Shown here piece after piece: positions 52,175 through 64,000 of a stretch of 64,000 nt of DNA. Origin of the DNA: Octopus vulgaris (taxonomy: Eukaryota); the NCBI GenBank assembly GCA_951406725.2, contig OX597821.1:58404001-58468000 (forward strand). The letters run 5' to 3'. The position numbers and the translations under genes are program-made. The number at the start of each line of letters is the position of its first letter. Position 1 is the first letter of the stretch. Below the pieces are notes generated by a model. The model did no database searches and was not told where the DNA came from. It worked only from the letters and a program-made list of their open reading frames with translations.

Positions 52175-53053
52175 CAAGCTTCCACATGATATCGATTTAC
52201 CAAATTCACTCACAAGGCGTCGGTCGGCCTGGGGCTACAGTAGATGACATCTGTCCAAAGTGCCGCTCAGTGTAATTAAACCCGAAACCACTTGATTACA
52301 AAGCGAGCTTCTTAACCAATCAGCCATGAATGCATCTAATAAAAGCAATACGGAATATACATACAACTTATTTGTCTAAGTTTAACTTACTTTTTTACCA
52401 ATTACTCTCTTTCTCTGTCTGTCTTTCCCTCCCCTCCCTCTCTCAATTTCTCTCTCTCTGTTTCTTTCTCTCCCTCCTCCCCTCCCTTTCTGTTGTTACC
52501 TGCTCTAATACCATGTAATATTGTAGGGACTTTGCCTTGAGTGCAGTACTCGAATTTTGGCACAAGGCCGGCAATTTCGAGGAGGGGATTAGTGTCGATT
52601 GCTCAACTGGTACTTATTTAATCGACCCTGAAAGGATAAAAGTCAAAGTCAACCTCAGCGGAATTTTGAACGGAGAATATGAAGACGGACAAAAAGCCGC
52701 TGAGCACTTTGTCCGTCGTGCTAACGATTCTGTCTGCTCACTGCCTGAAGCAGATCACACATATTGGTCTCAAATTTTGGCACAAGGCTAGCAATTTCGG
52801 GGAAGTGGGTAAGTAGATTACATTGATCCCAGTGCATAACTGGTATTTATTTTATCGACCCTGCAAGGGTGAAAGGCAAAGTCGACCTCAGTGGAATTTG
52901 AACTCAGAATATAAAGACAGACGAAATGCCACTGAGCATCTTGTCCGGTGTGCGAATGATTCTGCCAGCTCGCCGCTTTAAGCAAATCACTAATACTGAG
53001 ATGTAGCCACATGACTTTTCCTCTTGTTAATCATCACCTCATCCAGTTAATTA

Positions 53054-53256
53054 TTAGGTTGGTGCATAATTATTGCGGCTTTTTTTTTTTTTCAGTAGAT
53101 TTTATTCAACAAAAACGATAACAAAATTTAACAAAAACATCTTTAAATGAATATTCCGGAGCATATTCACCATCTACTTCAATTACTGCTTCCCATTTGC
53201 TTGGCAGCCGGTCGGAATAATCATTTAAAGATGTTTTTGTTAAATGTTGTTATTGA
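53054..53256. mobile_element. Mariner end fragment with local inverted duplication
   Basis: Mariner-type TIR ttaggttggtgcataattattgcgg. aacaaaaacatctttaaatga (53130) is mirrored at ~53221-53242. Confidence 0.55.
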
Positions 53257-54824
53257 AAAAAGGTTCAAAGACAAAGTCGACTTCAGCAGATCTTAAATGC
53301 AAAACGTGACGACGGATGAAGTGCCGCTAAGCATTTTGTCCGATGTGCTAACGGCTCTAACTGCTCGCCGCCTCATTTGCTAAGGTATATTATTGGTTTA
53401 AGCATTTTGTCCAGAGCGGTAACAAGTCTGCAAGTTCGTCGCCTTTGTAGCGTGGCAGTTTCAGCAATTGTGAAAAATGACTTAGCGATTGCTAATATCT
53501 TCACTGTGTGAAAGGCAAGGCAGGAATGATCTCGTTTGAGGTTACAACCATCTTTGGTCAACCTGTTCTTGTTCTAAACACTAATTTGATTGGCTGACAG
53601 GACACGAGTGGTCTCTACGTGTTTCGCGCCACTGGGTGACATGTGACACGAGGGTCCCTACGAGGTCCGCGCCACTGATCGACACGTGACGCGAATTGTC
53701 TCGACTTATTTCGCGCCATAATTGCGAATCAGCCAATCAAGACTTTCGGTTAAAATTCCATTTTCTGGGGTTCGGTGAGCCAACCAAACAGTATATAAGC
53801 AGGATTTCACAGACACTTGGGGGTCTTAGTTTCCAGTTCTTCTAAGAGCTAACTTAGACCCCTGCTGCTCAACTTACAGATATGCGATTGTCTCTGAGTA
53901 GATTCCAGCATCTTGCCCTATGAATGGTAAACTAAATGCCATTGTTAATTCTATGTTCAGTACCTTTGGGTATGCTTCACGCCACCGGAACACACAGACA
54001 CAAAACGTGCTAACGTTTACGAACTCTTAAAATCCGCATGATTATAAAATATGTGAAATAAATATTTATCTACCAACAGAAGACTTGTGTCAATTCACTT
54101 ATGTCCTATCGTCGTTATATGTATTTTATGGCTTTTGAATAATTCGTTAAGAATAGAACCGCGTGCAATCGTATTTCCTACACGATACGATAGCGTGATC
54201 CTATTTCTTACACCTTATTTTGCTAAGTGAAGATATTGAAAAGTATTTTCCATTGTTTAATGTTTTTTTTGAGGGGTGGATCTTTTCGCTTTGACCGGCA
54301 GATTTTAAAAATAATTTCTTTGCAACTAAACACTTTTAAACTTCGTATACTGGTAGAATGTGTTTATAAAACATCTTTTTCTCTTGGCTTTCTTGAGAAA
54401 ATTCTGTAGTTTGTAAGCTATTTCCTCTTTAATTTCTTAATTTTCGGCAATTTCAACCAATCCATGACGTCTATTGAGGTGAAAACAATATCTGCCGAAG
54501 TCTGTCAACAACAATTTTTTGCAGTGTCACATGAAAATGACTTTGATCAGATCCTCAGACTTTGATCAGATCCTCAAAATTGATCTTACAGAAAACATCT
54601 GGTTTGATATTTGGTAGAGATAAGGCATCCCAAATATTCTTTTAGCAAGTTTAAAGTGATTTCTTTTATGCTGTAAACCATTTACTGATTCTGTCATGGC
54701 ATCCCCTTTCTTTGATGCTCCAAACACGTGCATATTTTGCGGTAAATTTTGTTACTAAGATTTTCACTAAGAAAAAAATTACGGAAGACTACCAAGACTA
54801 CAATTACGGAAGACTACCAAGAAT

Positions 54825-54899
<75 letters not shown>

Positions 54900-55550
54900 C
54901 ATATATCTGTGTGTGTGTGTGTAATCGTCTTAACTTAAAGGAAAAGGGCTATACTATCCCAGTCTTGGTGCTCCCGGTCGAAATGCAACCATTTCATCTC
55001 CACGTGGTTCTCGGTAGTCTTCTGTAAATTTTTTTTCCTATTGAAAATCGTGGGGGTGTTAATATCAAAATTTACCCAAATGAATCCAACACTTGGTACA
55101 CATTACTGATAAAAAAAGTAGACAGTTTTGTATAAATGTTACGAAACCAAATACTAACTAGTAAGAAAGGCAGAGATAACAACATATTTCTAAAAATAAC
55201 ACGTTACCCAAAAATCTGGAACGAATACTTAACGTAACCTCCTTTACCACGAAGCCGCTAGATGATAGCTGTTTTCTAGACGTTAACAGTGTCACATGGT
55301 CTTCTCAAATATAAAATTTACCAACATAGTTCTTGCTAGTGTGAAAGTTAAGACCCATTCTGTGCTGAACCTATTTTACTTTTCAGAAGGCGGCGAGCTG
55401 GCAGAAACGTTGGCACACTGGGCGAAATGCGTAGCCGTATTTCGTCTGCCGTTACGTTCTGAGTTCAAATTCCGCCGAGGTCAACTTTGCCTTTCATCCT
55501 TTCGGGGTCGATTAAATAAGTACCACATAATTGTAAACCAAAATGAAAAC

Positions 55551-55709
55551 GGAATTGTAGTATGCGTGGTAGTATGCGCAAAGTTTGAGGCGGCGCAGGA
55601 ACAAGTTGACGTCCGCCCGAGTCTCGAACTCATCACAGTGGCGCATGAGTGGCGTGAAGCGGAGACCCTTACTGAGGAGAGAGCGCTCGGCGGCGGAGAG
55701 GGGGAGGTT
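55551..55709 (-). mobile_element. Penelope-like element ORF, N-terminal fragment
   Basis: Minus frame NLPLSAAERSLLSKGLRFTPLMRHCDEFETRADVNLFLRRLKLCAYYH fits the LSxxExxLLSKGLxFxP...FxRRLxL motif of PLE ORFs. Confidence 0.65.
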
Positions 55710-55808
55710 GGTTTTTCACTGTTTGATTTGCCTATTAGTGGTTTTATCTCTAATTTAATTTATACAGATCTATATCTCATTTGTATACATTTGTATATAT
55801 AATGCGTG

Positions 55809-55884
<76 letters not shown>

Positions 55885-56744
55885 GTGTGCATTACGTAGT
55901 CGGTCGATTCAGCTGAAAATATGCATACCTATGTTAAAAGTGCTGGCAAGTTTGCATGACAACTATTTTTTTCCTCAAATGAAAGGCGTCACCTCTAGGA
56001 CAAAATTCCTCATCTTATAAAATGTGGCCCCAGTAGACCCGAATGAAATCGGGTTATGTTAACCAAAATGTGAAAAGTGGTCTAAATGGGGCTGGAATGG
56101 GATTAAAATTTAAAGGAGCGGGTGTTTAGGAATTCTCTGTTACATCAAGCTAAAAAATTTGCGCCAGCCTTTTAATCGTCAATGTGTTGCCGTCCATGAT
56201 AAAGAGTCCATGGTGAGTCTACTGTCGTGAGAAAGAATCACTTCAAAACTTGGTGTTTACGAATTTTCTTTTACATCAAGTTGAAAATTTTACGCCAGTC
56301 GTTAAACTGTCACTACATTGCTGTCCGTCGTTAAGAAGTGCCAGCCATGGTGACTCTACTATCCTCAGATTCTATCCCTTCAAACTTTGGTTTCCAATAT
56401 TTTATTATTTTTCTTCAGCTCGCAAGTCCGTCTGTCCCTTTTAAATGTTAGCATTTTGCTGTCTGCCTTGAAGCAGACTTTTCCATTATCACTGCCTCAT
56501 ATTTCTGATTGATCTTTCTAAATATTTTATTTCTCAACTTACTCAAGATCTTCTGTTGTTTATAAATGGGAGAGAGATAGATAAAGATAGAGAGTAAGAG
56601 AAAGCAAGGAAGAGTCCGAGAGATAAGAAAACTAAGAGAGTGGGAAAGTGAGAGAGAAAGGAGAGAGAAAAAAATACGGAGAATCATCATCATCATCATC
56701 GTCTAACGGCCGTTTTCCGTGCTAGCAAGGCTTGGACAGTGTAT

Positions 56745-56771
56745 ACATTGTATACATTTATATATATATAC

Positions 56772-56826
<55 letters not shown>

Positions 56827-58200
56827 CATATAAATATATATAATTTGTATACATTTATATACATATATATAATTTGTATATATTTATATACATATATATA
56901 ATTTGTATACATTTATATACATATATATAATTTGTATACATTTATATACATATATATAATTTGTATACATTTATATACATATATATAATTTGTATACATT
57001 TATATACATATATAATTTGTATACGTTTATATACATATATATAATTTGTATACATATATATACATATATACGTATATATTTATATACATATATATAATTT
57101 GTATATATTCATATACATATATATAATTTGTATATATTCATATACAAATATATAATTTGTATATATTCATATACAAATATATAATTTGTATATATTTATA
57201 TACATATATATAATTTGTATATATTTATATATATGTATATAAATATATACAAATTATATATATAATTATATATAATCTGTATACATTTATATACAAATAT
57301 ATAATCTGTATACATTTATATACAAATATATAATTTGTATACGTTTATATACAAATATATAATTTGTATACGTTTATATACATATATATAATTTGTATAC
57401 ATATATATAATTTGTATATATTTGTATACAGATATATAATTTGTATATATTTGTATACAGATATATAATTTGTATATATTTGTATACAGATATATAATTT
57501 GTATATATTTATATTCATATATATAATTTGTATATATTTATATTCATATATATAATTTGTATATATTTATATACATATATATAATTTGTATATATTTGTA
57601 TGCATATATATAATTTGTATACATTTATATACATATATATAATTTGTATACGTTTATATACATATATATAATTTGTATACATATATATAATTTGTATATA
57701 TTTGTATACATATATATAATTTGTATATATTTGTGTACATATATATAATTTGTATATATTCATATACACATATATAATTTGTATATATTCATATACATAT
57801 ATATAATTTGTAGATATTCCTATGCAAGTATATAATTTGTATATCTTCATATATGTAATTCGCACATCTTCATATACATATATATAATTTGTAGATATTC
57901 CTATGCAAGTATATAATTTGTATATCTTCATATATGTAATTCGCACATCTTCATATACACATATATAATTTGTAGATATTCCTATGCAAGTATATAATTT
58001 GTATATCTTCATATATGTAATTCGCACATCTTCATATACATATATATAATTTGTAGATATTCCTATGCAAGTATATAATTTGTATATCTTCATATATGTA
58101 ATTCGCACATCTTCATATACATAAATATATACCAATTATATACAAATATACAATTTGTATACGTTTTTATAATTTGTATATATTTACATACCTATATATA
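56745..58200. repeat. AT-rich minisatellite (~22-24-bp unit) with a 78-bp higher-order unit x4 (~57795-58120)
   Basis: atatataatttgtatacatttatatac variants. The periodic ORF 57515-58135 shows the 26-aa (78-bp) period. Confidence 0.9.
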
Positions 58201-58202
58201 CA

Positions 58203-58823
58203 ATTGTCTATAAAGCATACAATGTAGAGGAAAAAAGATTTGAACACCTGGAGGAAAGCACCATCGAAAAGTGTCTTGGTGCGACTATGAAAGATACCCC
58301 CGAAGAAGTAGGATGGATTGTAGCCACACTTCTACACCAGGGGGAGGACAAAATACAATTGGTCGAAATTGCAAGAGACGGGCCTACAATTCCAGTCTGT
58401 TATATATTTTGAGCATTGTCACCACTAGCGTTATCAATATAGTTCCGTTCCGTTCCGGTCCGGACCGGACCGGACCGGACCGGACCGGACCGGACCGGAC
58501 CGGACCGGACCGGACCGGACCGGACCGGACCGGACCGGACCGGACCGGACCGGACCGGACCGGACCGGACCGGAACGGAACGGAACTATATTGATAACGC
58601 TAGTGGTGACAATGCTCAAAATATATAACAGACTGGAATTGTAGGCCCGTCTCTTGCAATTTCGACCAATTGTATTTTGTCCTCCCCTGGTGTAGAAGTG
58701 TGGCTACAATCCATCCTACTTCTTCGGGGGTATCTTTCATAGTCGCACCAAGACACTTTTCGATGGTGCTTTCCTCCAGGTGTTCAAATCTTTTTCCTCT
58801 ACATTGTATGCTTTATAGACAAT
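58203..58823. repeat. Near-perfect inverted repeat, ~260-bp arms around an (ACCGG)20 spacer
   Basis: 58203-58463 is the reverse complement of 58565-58823 apart from two homopolymer-length differences. Confidence 0.95.
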
Positions 58824-61072
58824 GGTTCGGTTCGGTTCGGTTCGGTTCGGTTCAGTTCAGTTCGGTTCAGTTCAGTTCGGTTCGGTTCGGTTCGTTCGTT
58901 CAGTTCGGTTCAGTTCAGTTCAGTTCAGTTCAGTTCAAGTTCAGTTCAGTTCAGTTCAGTTCAGTTCAGTTCAGTTCAGTTCAGTTCAGTTCAGTTCAGT
59001 TCGGTTCGGTTCAGTTCAGTTCAGTTCAGTTCAGTTCAGTTCAGTTCGTTCAGTTCAGTTCAGTTCAGTTCAGTTCAGTTCAGTTCAGTTCAGTTCAGTT
59101 CAGTTCAGTTCAGTTCAGTTCAGTTCAGTTCAGTTCAGTTCAGTTCAGTTCAGTTCAGTTCAGTTCAGTTCAGTTCAGTTCAGTTCAGTTCAGTTCAGTT
59201 CAGTTCAGTTCGTTCGTTCAGTTCAGTTCAGTTCAGTTCAGTTCAGTTCAGTTCAGTTCAGTTCAGTTCAGTTCAGTTCAGTTCAGTTCAGTTCAGTTCA
59301 GTTCGGTTCAGTTCAGTTCAGTTCAGTTCAGTTCAGTTCGGTTCAGTTCAGTTCAGTTCAGTTCAGTTCAGTTCAGTTCAGTTCAGTTCAGTTTCAGTTC
59401 AGTTCAGTTCAGTTCAGTTCAGTTCAGTTCAGTTCAGTTCAGTTCAGTTCAGTTCAGTTCAGTTCAGTTCAGTTCAGTTCAGTTCAGTTCAGTTCAGTTC
59501 AGTTCAGTTCAGTTCAGTTCAGTTCAGTTCAGTTCAGTTCAGTTCAGTTCAGTTCAGTTCAGTTCAGTTCAGTTCAGTTCAGTTCAGTTCAGTTCAGTTC
59601 AGTTCAGTTCAGTTCAGTTCAGTTCAGTTCAGTTCAGTTCAGTTCAGTTCAGTTCAGTTCAGTTCAGTTCAGTTCAGTTCAGTTCAGTTCAGTTCAGTTC
59701 AGTTCAGTTCAGTTCAGTTCAGTTCAGTTCAGTTCAGTTCAGTTCAGTTCGTTCAGTTCAGGTTCAGTTCAGTTCAGTTCGGTTCAGTTCAGTTCAGTTC
59801 AGTTCAGTTCAGTTCAGTTCAGTTCAGTTCAGTTCAGTTCAGTTCAGTTCAGTTCAGTTCAGTTCAGTTCAGTTCAGTTCAGTTCAGTTCAGTTCAGTTC
59901 AGTTCAGTTCAGTTCAGTTCAGTTCAGTTCAGTTCAGTTCAGTTCAGTTCAGTTCAGTTCAGTTCAGTTCAGTTCAGTTCAGTTCAGTTCAGTTCAGTTC
60001 AGTTCAGTTCAGTTCAGTTCAGTTCAGTTCAGTTCAGTTCAGTTCAGTTCAGTTCAGTTCAGTTCAGTTCAGTTCAGTTCAGTTCAGTTCAGTTCAGTTC
60101 AGTTCAGTTCAGTTCAGTTCAGTTCAGTTCAGTTCAGTTCAGTTCAGTTCAGTTCAGTTCAGTTCAGTTCAGTTCAGTTCAGTTCAGTTCAGTTCAGTTC
60201 GTTCGTTCAGTTCAGTTCAGTTCAGTTCAGTTCAGTTCAGTTCAGTTCAGTTCAGTTCAGTTCAGTTCAGTTCAGTTCAGTTCAGTTCAGTTCAGTTCAG
60301 TTCAGTTCAGTTCAGTTCAGTTCAGTTCAGTTCAGTTCAGTTCAGTTCGTTCAGTTCAGTTCAGTTCAGTTCAGTTCAGTTCAGTTCAGTTCAGTTCAGT
60401 TCAGTTCAGTTCAATTCAGTTCAGTTCAGTTCAGTTCGGTTCAGTTCAGTTCAGTTCAGTTCAGTTCAGTTCAGTTCAGTTCAGTTCAGTTCAGTTCAGT
60501 TCAGTTCAGTTCAGTTCAGTTCAGTTCAGTTCGGTTCAGTTCAGTTCAGTTCAGTTCAGTTCAGTTCGTTCAGTTCAGTTCAGTTCAGTTCAGTTCAGTT
60601 CAGTTCAGTTCAGTTCAGTTCAGTTCAGTTCAGTTCAGTTCAGTTCAGTTCGGTTCAGTTCAGTTCAGTTCAGTTCAGTTCAGTTCAGTTCAGTTCAGTT
60701 CAGTTCAGTTCAGTTCAGTTCAGTTCAGTTCAGTTCAGTTCAGTTCAGTTCAGTTCAGTTCAGTTCAGTTCGGTTCAGTTCAGTTCGTTCAGTTCGGTTC
60801 AGTTCAGTTCAGTTCAGTTCAGTTCGGTTCAGTTCGGTTCAGTTCAGTTCAGTTCAGTTCGTTCAGTTCAGTTCAGTTCAGTTCGGTTCAGTTCAGTTCG
60901 GTTCAGTTCAGTTCAGTTCAGTTCAGTTCAGTTCAGTTCAGTTCGGTTCGTTCAGTTCAGTTCAGTTCAGTTCAGTTCAGTTCGTTCAGTTCAGTTCAGT
61001 TCGGTTCGGTTCAGTTCGGTTCGGTTCAGTTCGGTTCGGTTCGGTTCGGTTCGTTCGGTTCGGTTCGGTTCG
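58824..61072. repeat. (GTTCA)n pentanucleotide satellite, 2.2 kb, GTTCG variants at both edges
   Basis: Direct reading. Confidence 0.97.
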
Positions 61073-61901
61073 TAGAGAACTATAGCGTGAAGGCAGAATA
61101 TAAAAAAAAAAACAACTCTTCCTCAGATGTTGGCAATTTTACTTGCTCCGCATTGCAACTAGATGTGTCTTCTCAAAGCAATTGCTCCCCCAAACCAAAT
61201 TAGATAAAATTTGAGATACGTGGAACGTCAAAGCTGCTAACAAAATCAGGACAGTCAAAATTTTCGCTAAGGGCTGGTTAACTCTAACGAGATGACGTGG
61301 TGAACGCTGGAGAAAGAAAGCTTTGTCAAGAGGCAGACGGGAGTGCATGAAGGAAAAGAAAAAGAAATACATTTAGAAATAGATCTATAGTTATTGAGGA
61401 CAGAATTTCTGTTAGAAATAGAGAACTATGAATATTGAATTATGCATAAAGCGCTGACTTACATTCGGGGCTTCCAATTTCTCTGTAAAATATAAGATAG
61501 TCGCAAAATCATCGCACATGTCACCATCGATTACAAACGCCGGTGGAAGATAAACGTTCCAGAGGGCATTCTTGTTCTTTCGTTCGTACAAGGATCGTAT
61601 TATGTTTCGGCTTAAAATAAATTATAGATACAAATATAACGTATAGAAATATATAAAAACCAGAATAGAAAATAAACGTCTTAGGCATATAAAATGAGAT
61701 ATCAAGGTGTTATAAACTTGAAACTTACTAGAATATCATAGATTATATATATCAAGTCATCCAGTCAGTTCTGTCCAATTTTACCTGCTTTTTAGAGTTG
61801 AATGAAATTTAATAGTATTTGCAAATGTCTAATTCAATTAAAAATTATTTTTATGCATTTGTATACGTTTAAACTAATTCAGTATTGTTTTACAAAATAG
61901 A

Positions 61902-63188
61902 CGGTGTCCACAAAGTCTGCGTACATGGGAATTAACACATACTTTTAAAACAAAACAATTTTATTTAATTATAATAAATAATATTTTCAAAGTGATTTCC
62001 ATCATTTTCAATGCATAACTTGATGCGCTTTGCAAAATTCAGGTGAACTTGATTAAATAAGTCTATATTGCCATCAATTTAAGCACACTGACTGGTAATG
62101 CGTTCTCTCGTGTGTTTTAAATCTGTAATCTTTATTGAGTAAACTTTCTCTTTCAACATACCCCAGAAAAAGAAATCAAGGGGAGAAAGGTCTGGTGAAC
62201 GAGGGGACCATTCCATATGACCCCTTCTTCCAATCTAGTGAGGAGGAAAAGTGTCATTAAATCAATCTCTAACAGTTGTGGCAAAATGGGTAGGGGCCTC
62301 ATCCTGCTGAAACCAATTTGGAAGGTCCTCGCCTAGGCGCTCAATTTAAGATATTAATTTGTCTCTCAATATATTTGCATAAGTCTCATCCGTTACATGT
62401 TCAATGAAGAAGGGTCCTAGAACATGAGCTTTCCAAAAACCACACCACACCATCACCTTTTTGCTGTCTTGCTGTTTGGATAGATCCATCCAATGTGGAT
62501 TACCTCGAGACCAGTATAGAAGATTCTGTCTGTTGACCTTACCATTTACATAAAACGTAGCTTTGTCACTGAACAACACAAAGTTTTTCGTAAAATTGAT
62601 ATTTTCATCCAATTTATTCGTCTATCAGGATCGTCTTAATTTAAGTGATGCAATATCTGTAGGTTGTATCGATGAAACTTTTCCTCAACCAGCATTTTGT
62701 GGATGGTTGGTTTTGGAACACCTAACACCGTAGATGTCCGACGAAGTGATTTTGGGGGGCTAGCTAGCAGAAACTTTAGCCTCGACAGCCTCTTTAGTTT
62801 CATCTGAAGTCTTTGGTCGCCCGGAACGGGGTTTATCCGAAACACTGCCTGTTTTTTTAAATTTCTTGATCAATTTCCTGACGGCAGTAAAATAAATAGG
62901 TTGCCTACAAGGGTGTGGAAGATTAAATTCTTCCGCAATAAGACCATCCCTCTCGTCCACTTAATAATACTAACTCGATTCTTTCTTCTTTAGACAGATT
63001 CATCATTCGATCTGGGATTCTTTCTTCTTTAGACAGAGCCATCATTCGATCATCTGTAGAAAAAATAACAAATAAATTTAGAAAAGTAAAGTATTTTTTT
63101 TATTTAATTTAAACAAAAGTAAAAAAGGAAAATTATTATTTCTTATGTTATGATTTTATTCCATAAACCCAGACTTCGTGGACACCCT
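61902..63188 (-). mobile_element. Near full-length decayed Tc1/mariner element, DD41D (rosa-like)
   Basis: Imperfect TIRs (ggtgtccacaaagtctg / cagacttcgtggacacc). FSDKATF, WFQQD...WSPRSPDLSPLDFFFW with 41 residues between the last two Asp. In-frame stops present. Confidence 0.85.
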
Positions 63189-63217
63189 AAAATTGCTCTG
63201 ATTAAAACCCTTTCAAC

Positions 63218-64000
63218 ATGGAAGTATCCAAGGAGCATTTAAGGCACATATAATTCTTTATGAGTACAATAAAGGGAACTCTGATGCCGAAGTGACTCGA
63301 AACATACACTCAGTTTATAGCAAAGTGCTCGAATGAAAGAACTTGCAGGAGATCGTCTGCAAAATTGAAGATGAATATCGAACAGGATGTCCAGTTGAGT
63401 TTGACAAGCTCCTTGAGGCATTACTTGAAGAAAATCCGTCATTATCAGTTGAAGAATTGACAATAAAGCTTACTTCAAACCATACAACAGTTCATCGTCA
63501 TCAACAACGTGGAAAGGTTCCTAAACTTGGAAAATAGGTGCCTTATGTATTGTCCGAAAGCAACCGCAAATCCCGAGTTGGTATCTGCTCTTCTCTCCAT
63601 TCTCGCAAACTCATTTCACCCTTTTTCGATAGACTTGTGATGAAAAATGGATTTTCTATCGAAACGTTAGACGTCATAAACAGTGGCTTGGTAAAAGGGA
63701 AAATTCTCAACCACAACCGAGAAGGGAACTTCATGGGAAAAAGGTTCTACTCTCTATCTGGTGCGATTGCAAAGGCGTAATTCACTTTATATTGTTACCA
63801 CCTAATGCAACAATCAATGCTCAAGTCTACTGTCAGCAATTAGAGCGTTTGAACCAAGGTTTGAAGGAAAAAAGAGCCGCTTTAGTGAGTCGAAAACGAG
63901 TGATGTTTCAACAGGACAATGCGCAACCCCACACTGCAAAGATCACATCACAGAAGATCGAAGGGGTCGGTTTGGAAAAATTTCTTCATCCAACTTATTC
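63218..64000 (+). mobile_element. Decayed mariner transposase, runs off the window
   Basis: MEVSKEHLRHI, VPYVL and MFQQDNAQPHTAK motifs with frameshifts. Confidence 0.85.

Noticed and set aside
55540-55715. CpG-island promoter with ACTACAATTCC and TGCGCA motifs
   Set aside because: The GC-rich stretch translates on the minus strand as a Penelope-like ORF N-terminus, which explains its composition.
58355-58400. Hammerhead in the palindrome arm (GAAATTG...CAATT)
   Set aside because: No CUGANGA with a matching stem I.
58271-58619. ORFs with GPDRT / SGPVR repeats
   Set aside because: They are products of the (ACCGG)n spacer.
58670-61203. Two ~800-aa ORFs (SSVQF repeats)
   Set aside because: They are translations of the stop-free (GTTCA)n satellite, with no coding evidence.

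Overview
AT-rich, microsatellite- and repeat-dense animal DNA. The SINE and LINE-tail families look cephalopod (Octopus-like), which is my inference. The + strand carries the last five coding exons of ALYREF/THOC4 (2224-12453, exon 1 lies upstream of the window). The - strand carries an uncharacterised multi-exon gene (40768-24664) whose best splice model gives about 397 aa with collinear but degenerate Roc-COR (ROCO GTPase) motifs. The rest is tRNA-derived SINEs, RTE and CR1 LINE fragments, decayed Tc1/mariner elements, hAT and pogo MITEs, a cluster of Merlin elements with 8-bp TSDs, and Penelope-like retroelement remnants. The most notable finding is a dispersed repeat (copies at ~22.3 kb and ~43.65 kb) holding all parts of a hammerhead ribozyme in a non-circularly permuted order. 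Compensatory changes between the two copies support it, and one copy has a canonical kink-turn. Also notable are an inverted repeat with a type I hammerhead on each strand (51.5 kb) and a ~620-bp near-perfect palindrome centred on a pentamer array, wedged between an AT minisatellite and a 2.2-kb (GTTCA)n satellite. All homology calls come from motif recognition by eye, not database searches.
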